DNA of 64,000 nucleotides. Source: an uncultured delta proteobacterium (GTDB taxonomy: Bacteria > Desulfobacterota > Zymogenia > Zymogenales > Zymogenaceae). The DNA is taken from the NCBI GenBank assembly GCA_963735595.1, contig CAVTLK010000005.1, forward strand, positions 256,001 to 320,000. The letters are read 5' to 3'. A model generated the notes under the pieces. The model ran no database searches. It saw only the letters and a list, made by a program, of their open reading frames with translations, and was not told the DNA's origin. Of the stretch, positions 62,232 through 64,000 are shown one piece after another. The position numbers were made by a program, and so were the translations under genes. Position 1 is the stretch's first letter, and every line of letters begins with the position of its first letter.

Positions 62232-62861
62232 ATGAAGAGCTTTCTTGACCTGATCATTAGCGGCGGGCCGCTGATGATCCCCATTATCCTGTGTTCCGTC
62301 ATCGCCCTGGGGGTTTTCCTCGAAAGGTCGTTCTACCTCAGGAGAAAGAAGATCATCCCGGAGGACCTCCTGAGAGACGTGGAGGACCTCCTGAAAACGG
62401 ACCGGGTAAACGACGTGCTGGCGCTCCTCAGGCGCGACCGCTCGCCGATGGCCAGGATATTTCTTGCCGCCACGAAAAACTACGGCAAGAGCCGCGAGAC
62501 CATCAAGGTGGCCGTTGAAGAGGTCGGCGGGCAGGAGGCCGAATACCTCAACAAATACGTGGTGGTGCTATCGGTCATCGCGCAGGTGAGCCCGCTGTTG
62601 GGGCTCCTGGGCACCGTGCAGGGGATGATCCAGGTCTTCAATAAGGTCGTTTCGGGCAACGTGGCCGACCCGTCGCAGATGGCCGGCGGCATCTCGGTTG
62701 CGCTGATCACCACAGCCGGCGGGCTCACGGTGGCAATCCCCGCGCTCATCGGGTATCACTATCTGCAGGGGAAAGTAAATGACCTGGTGCTGGACATGCA
62801 GCAATACAGCATCGGGCTGGTGGAGCTCATCAAGGGAGAGGACGAAGAGGTACGGCCGTGA
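62232..62861 (+). CDS. MotA/TolQ/ExbB proton channel protein
   Basis: GGPLMIPI, SPLLGLLGTVQGMI, GISVALITTAGGLTVAIP. Confidence 0.94.
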   Translation: MKSFLDLIISGGPLMIPIILCSVIALGVFLERSFYLRRKKIIPEDLLRDVEDLLKTDRVNDVLALLRRDRSPMARIFLAATKNYGKSRETIKVAVEEVGGQEAEYLNKYVVVLSVIAQVSPLLGLLGTVQGMIQVFNKVVSGNVADPSQMAGGISVALITTAGGLTVAIPALIGYHYLQGKVNDLVLDMQQYSIGLVELIKGEDEEVRP

Positions 62862-63277
62862 ACTTTACCAAGCGGGCCAAATCGGGGGGCGAGGTCTTCA
62901 TCAACCTGACCTCGCTGATCGACGTGGTGCTCAACCTGATCATCTTCTTCGTCCTCGCGACGACCTTTGTCCGCCCCTCGGGGCTCAAGGTGGAGCTGCC
63001 GCGCTCGGCGGTTGAGGAGACGGTAAAGGCCGGCGAGGAAGTGGTCGTGATGGTGACAAAGGAAAACGAGATCCTCCTGGACGGACAGCCCTACACCGCC
63101 GATACGCTGTTGGATAAGCTCACGGCGATCAAGGAGGAGGACTCGGGCAAGACCATTACCATCCAGGCCGACGAGAATTCATCCCACGGGGCGGTGGTCT
63201 CGGTCATGGACGCCGCCAAACGGGCGGGGTTCGAGAAACTCTCGATAGCCACTAAGAAGGAAGGGACAGGCCCGTAG
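62858..63277 (+). CDS. biopolymer transporter ExbD/TolR
   Basis: INLTSLIDVVLNLIIFF, IQADE..HG.VV.VMD. Confidence 0.93.
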   Translation: MNFTKRAKSGGEVFINLTSLIDVVLNLIIFFVLATTFVRPSGLKVELPRSAVEETVKAGEEVVVMVTKENEILLDGQPYTADTLLDKLTAIKEEDSGKTITIQADENSSHGAVVSVMDAAKRAGFEKLSIATKKEGTGP

Positions 63278-63346
63278 GCTGCGGACTACCGAAAAACGCC
63301 GCCCTCCGCCGTCATGACGAGCGTCCGGGCGGTATCTACGTCTCTC

Positions 63347-64000
63347 CTACGCGAACGACACATCCAAAATCATCATAATCAGAAAGCCAAGCATCGTGCC
63401 GCCGGTGGCCAGGTGCGTGTTGCCCTCTCGCTGCGATTCGGGGATCACCTCTTCCACCACCACGAAGATCATGGCCCCGGCCGCGAATGCCAGGGCGTAA
63501 GGGAGCAGCGGTCTGGCTATGACGACCACCATTGCGCCGATTACGGCAGCCACCGGCTCGACCACCGCGGAAAGCTGGCCGTACCAGAAGCTCTTCAGGC
63601 GGCTCATCCCTTCCCTGCGGAGCGGGGCCGATATCGCCAATCCTTCGGGCAGGTTTTGGATTCCTATTCCCACCGCCAGGGCGACTGCGGCCGGAAGCGT
63701 GGTGAACGAGGCGCCGGCCCCCACCGAGCCGAAGGCAACCCCAATCGCCAGCCCCTCGGGGATGTTGTGCAGGGTGATGGCCAGCACCAGCAGGACGCTC
63801 CGGTTCCAGGAGGTTCGTATTCCTTCGGCCTCATTCGTGGGAAACCCGATGTGAAGGTGCGGCAGGACCGCGTCGACCGATCGCAGGACGGTGAACCCGA
63901 GCAGGAAACCGGCCGCGGCGGGAAACCATGACGCGATCACGTGCCCTTGCGACAACTCGATGGCGGGCGCCAGCAGCGACCAGAAGCTGGCGGCGATCAT
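63347..64000 (-). CDS. ZIP family metal transporter (GufA/ZupT-like), 5' end outside the window
   Basis: [43 protein letters not shown]. Confidence 0.93.
   Translation of the reverse strand: MIAASFWSLLAPAIELSQGHVIASWFPAAAGFLLGFTVLRSVDAVLPHLHIGFPTNEAEGIRTSWNRSVLLVLAITLHNIPEGLAIGVAFGSVGAGASFTTLPAAVALAVGIGIQNLPEGLAISAPLRREGMSRLKSFWYGQLSAVVEPVAAVIGAMVVVIARPLLPYALAFAAGAMIFVVVEEVIPESQREGNTHLATGGTMLGFLIMMILDVSFA

Overview
GC-rich bacterial chromosome segment. Gene content and order (maf-yggS, mgtE-recO, nadK-recN, yebC-ruvCAB, ftsEX-envC-ctpA-divergent polysaccharide deacetylase, two-CW, DUF169 and DUF3795 proteins, acyl-CoA catabolism) suggest an anaerobic deltaproteobacterial/Desulfobacterota-like organism; this is inference. 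The roughly 60 genes are mostly housekeeping, transport, envelope and acyl-CoA metabolism. I saw no rRNA, tRNA, CRISPR array, integrase or transposase. At least 14 genes between ~8.6 and ~47.3 kb carry 1-2 nt indels, including nadK and recO, which most likely reflects an unpolished long-read assembly. The main unexplained signal is non-coding: five classes of short palindromic REP/REPIN-like elements piled into intergenic hot spots (2.7-3.1, 13.2-13.4, 24.4-24.8, 41.57-41.67, 42.9-43.1 kb). At 41.5-42.3 kb a REP doublet lies between two mostly synonymously diverged copies of a gene 3' end and is followed by an AT-rich orphan gene, a candidate footprint of REP/HUH-linked gene acquisition. Also notable: a probable ATA-initiated ruvC, a RomY-like gene before ftsEX, a degenerate second binding protein plus a USP inside an amino-acid ABC operon, and a perfect sigma70 promoter whose spacer is filled by an operator palindrome. 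Family assignments are from motif recognition, not database searches.
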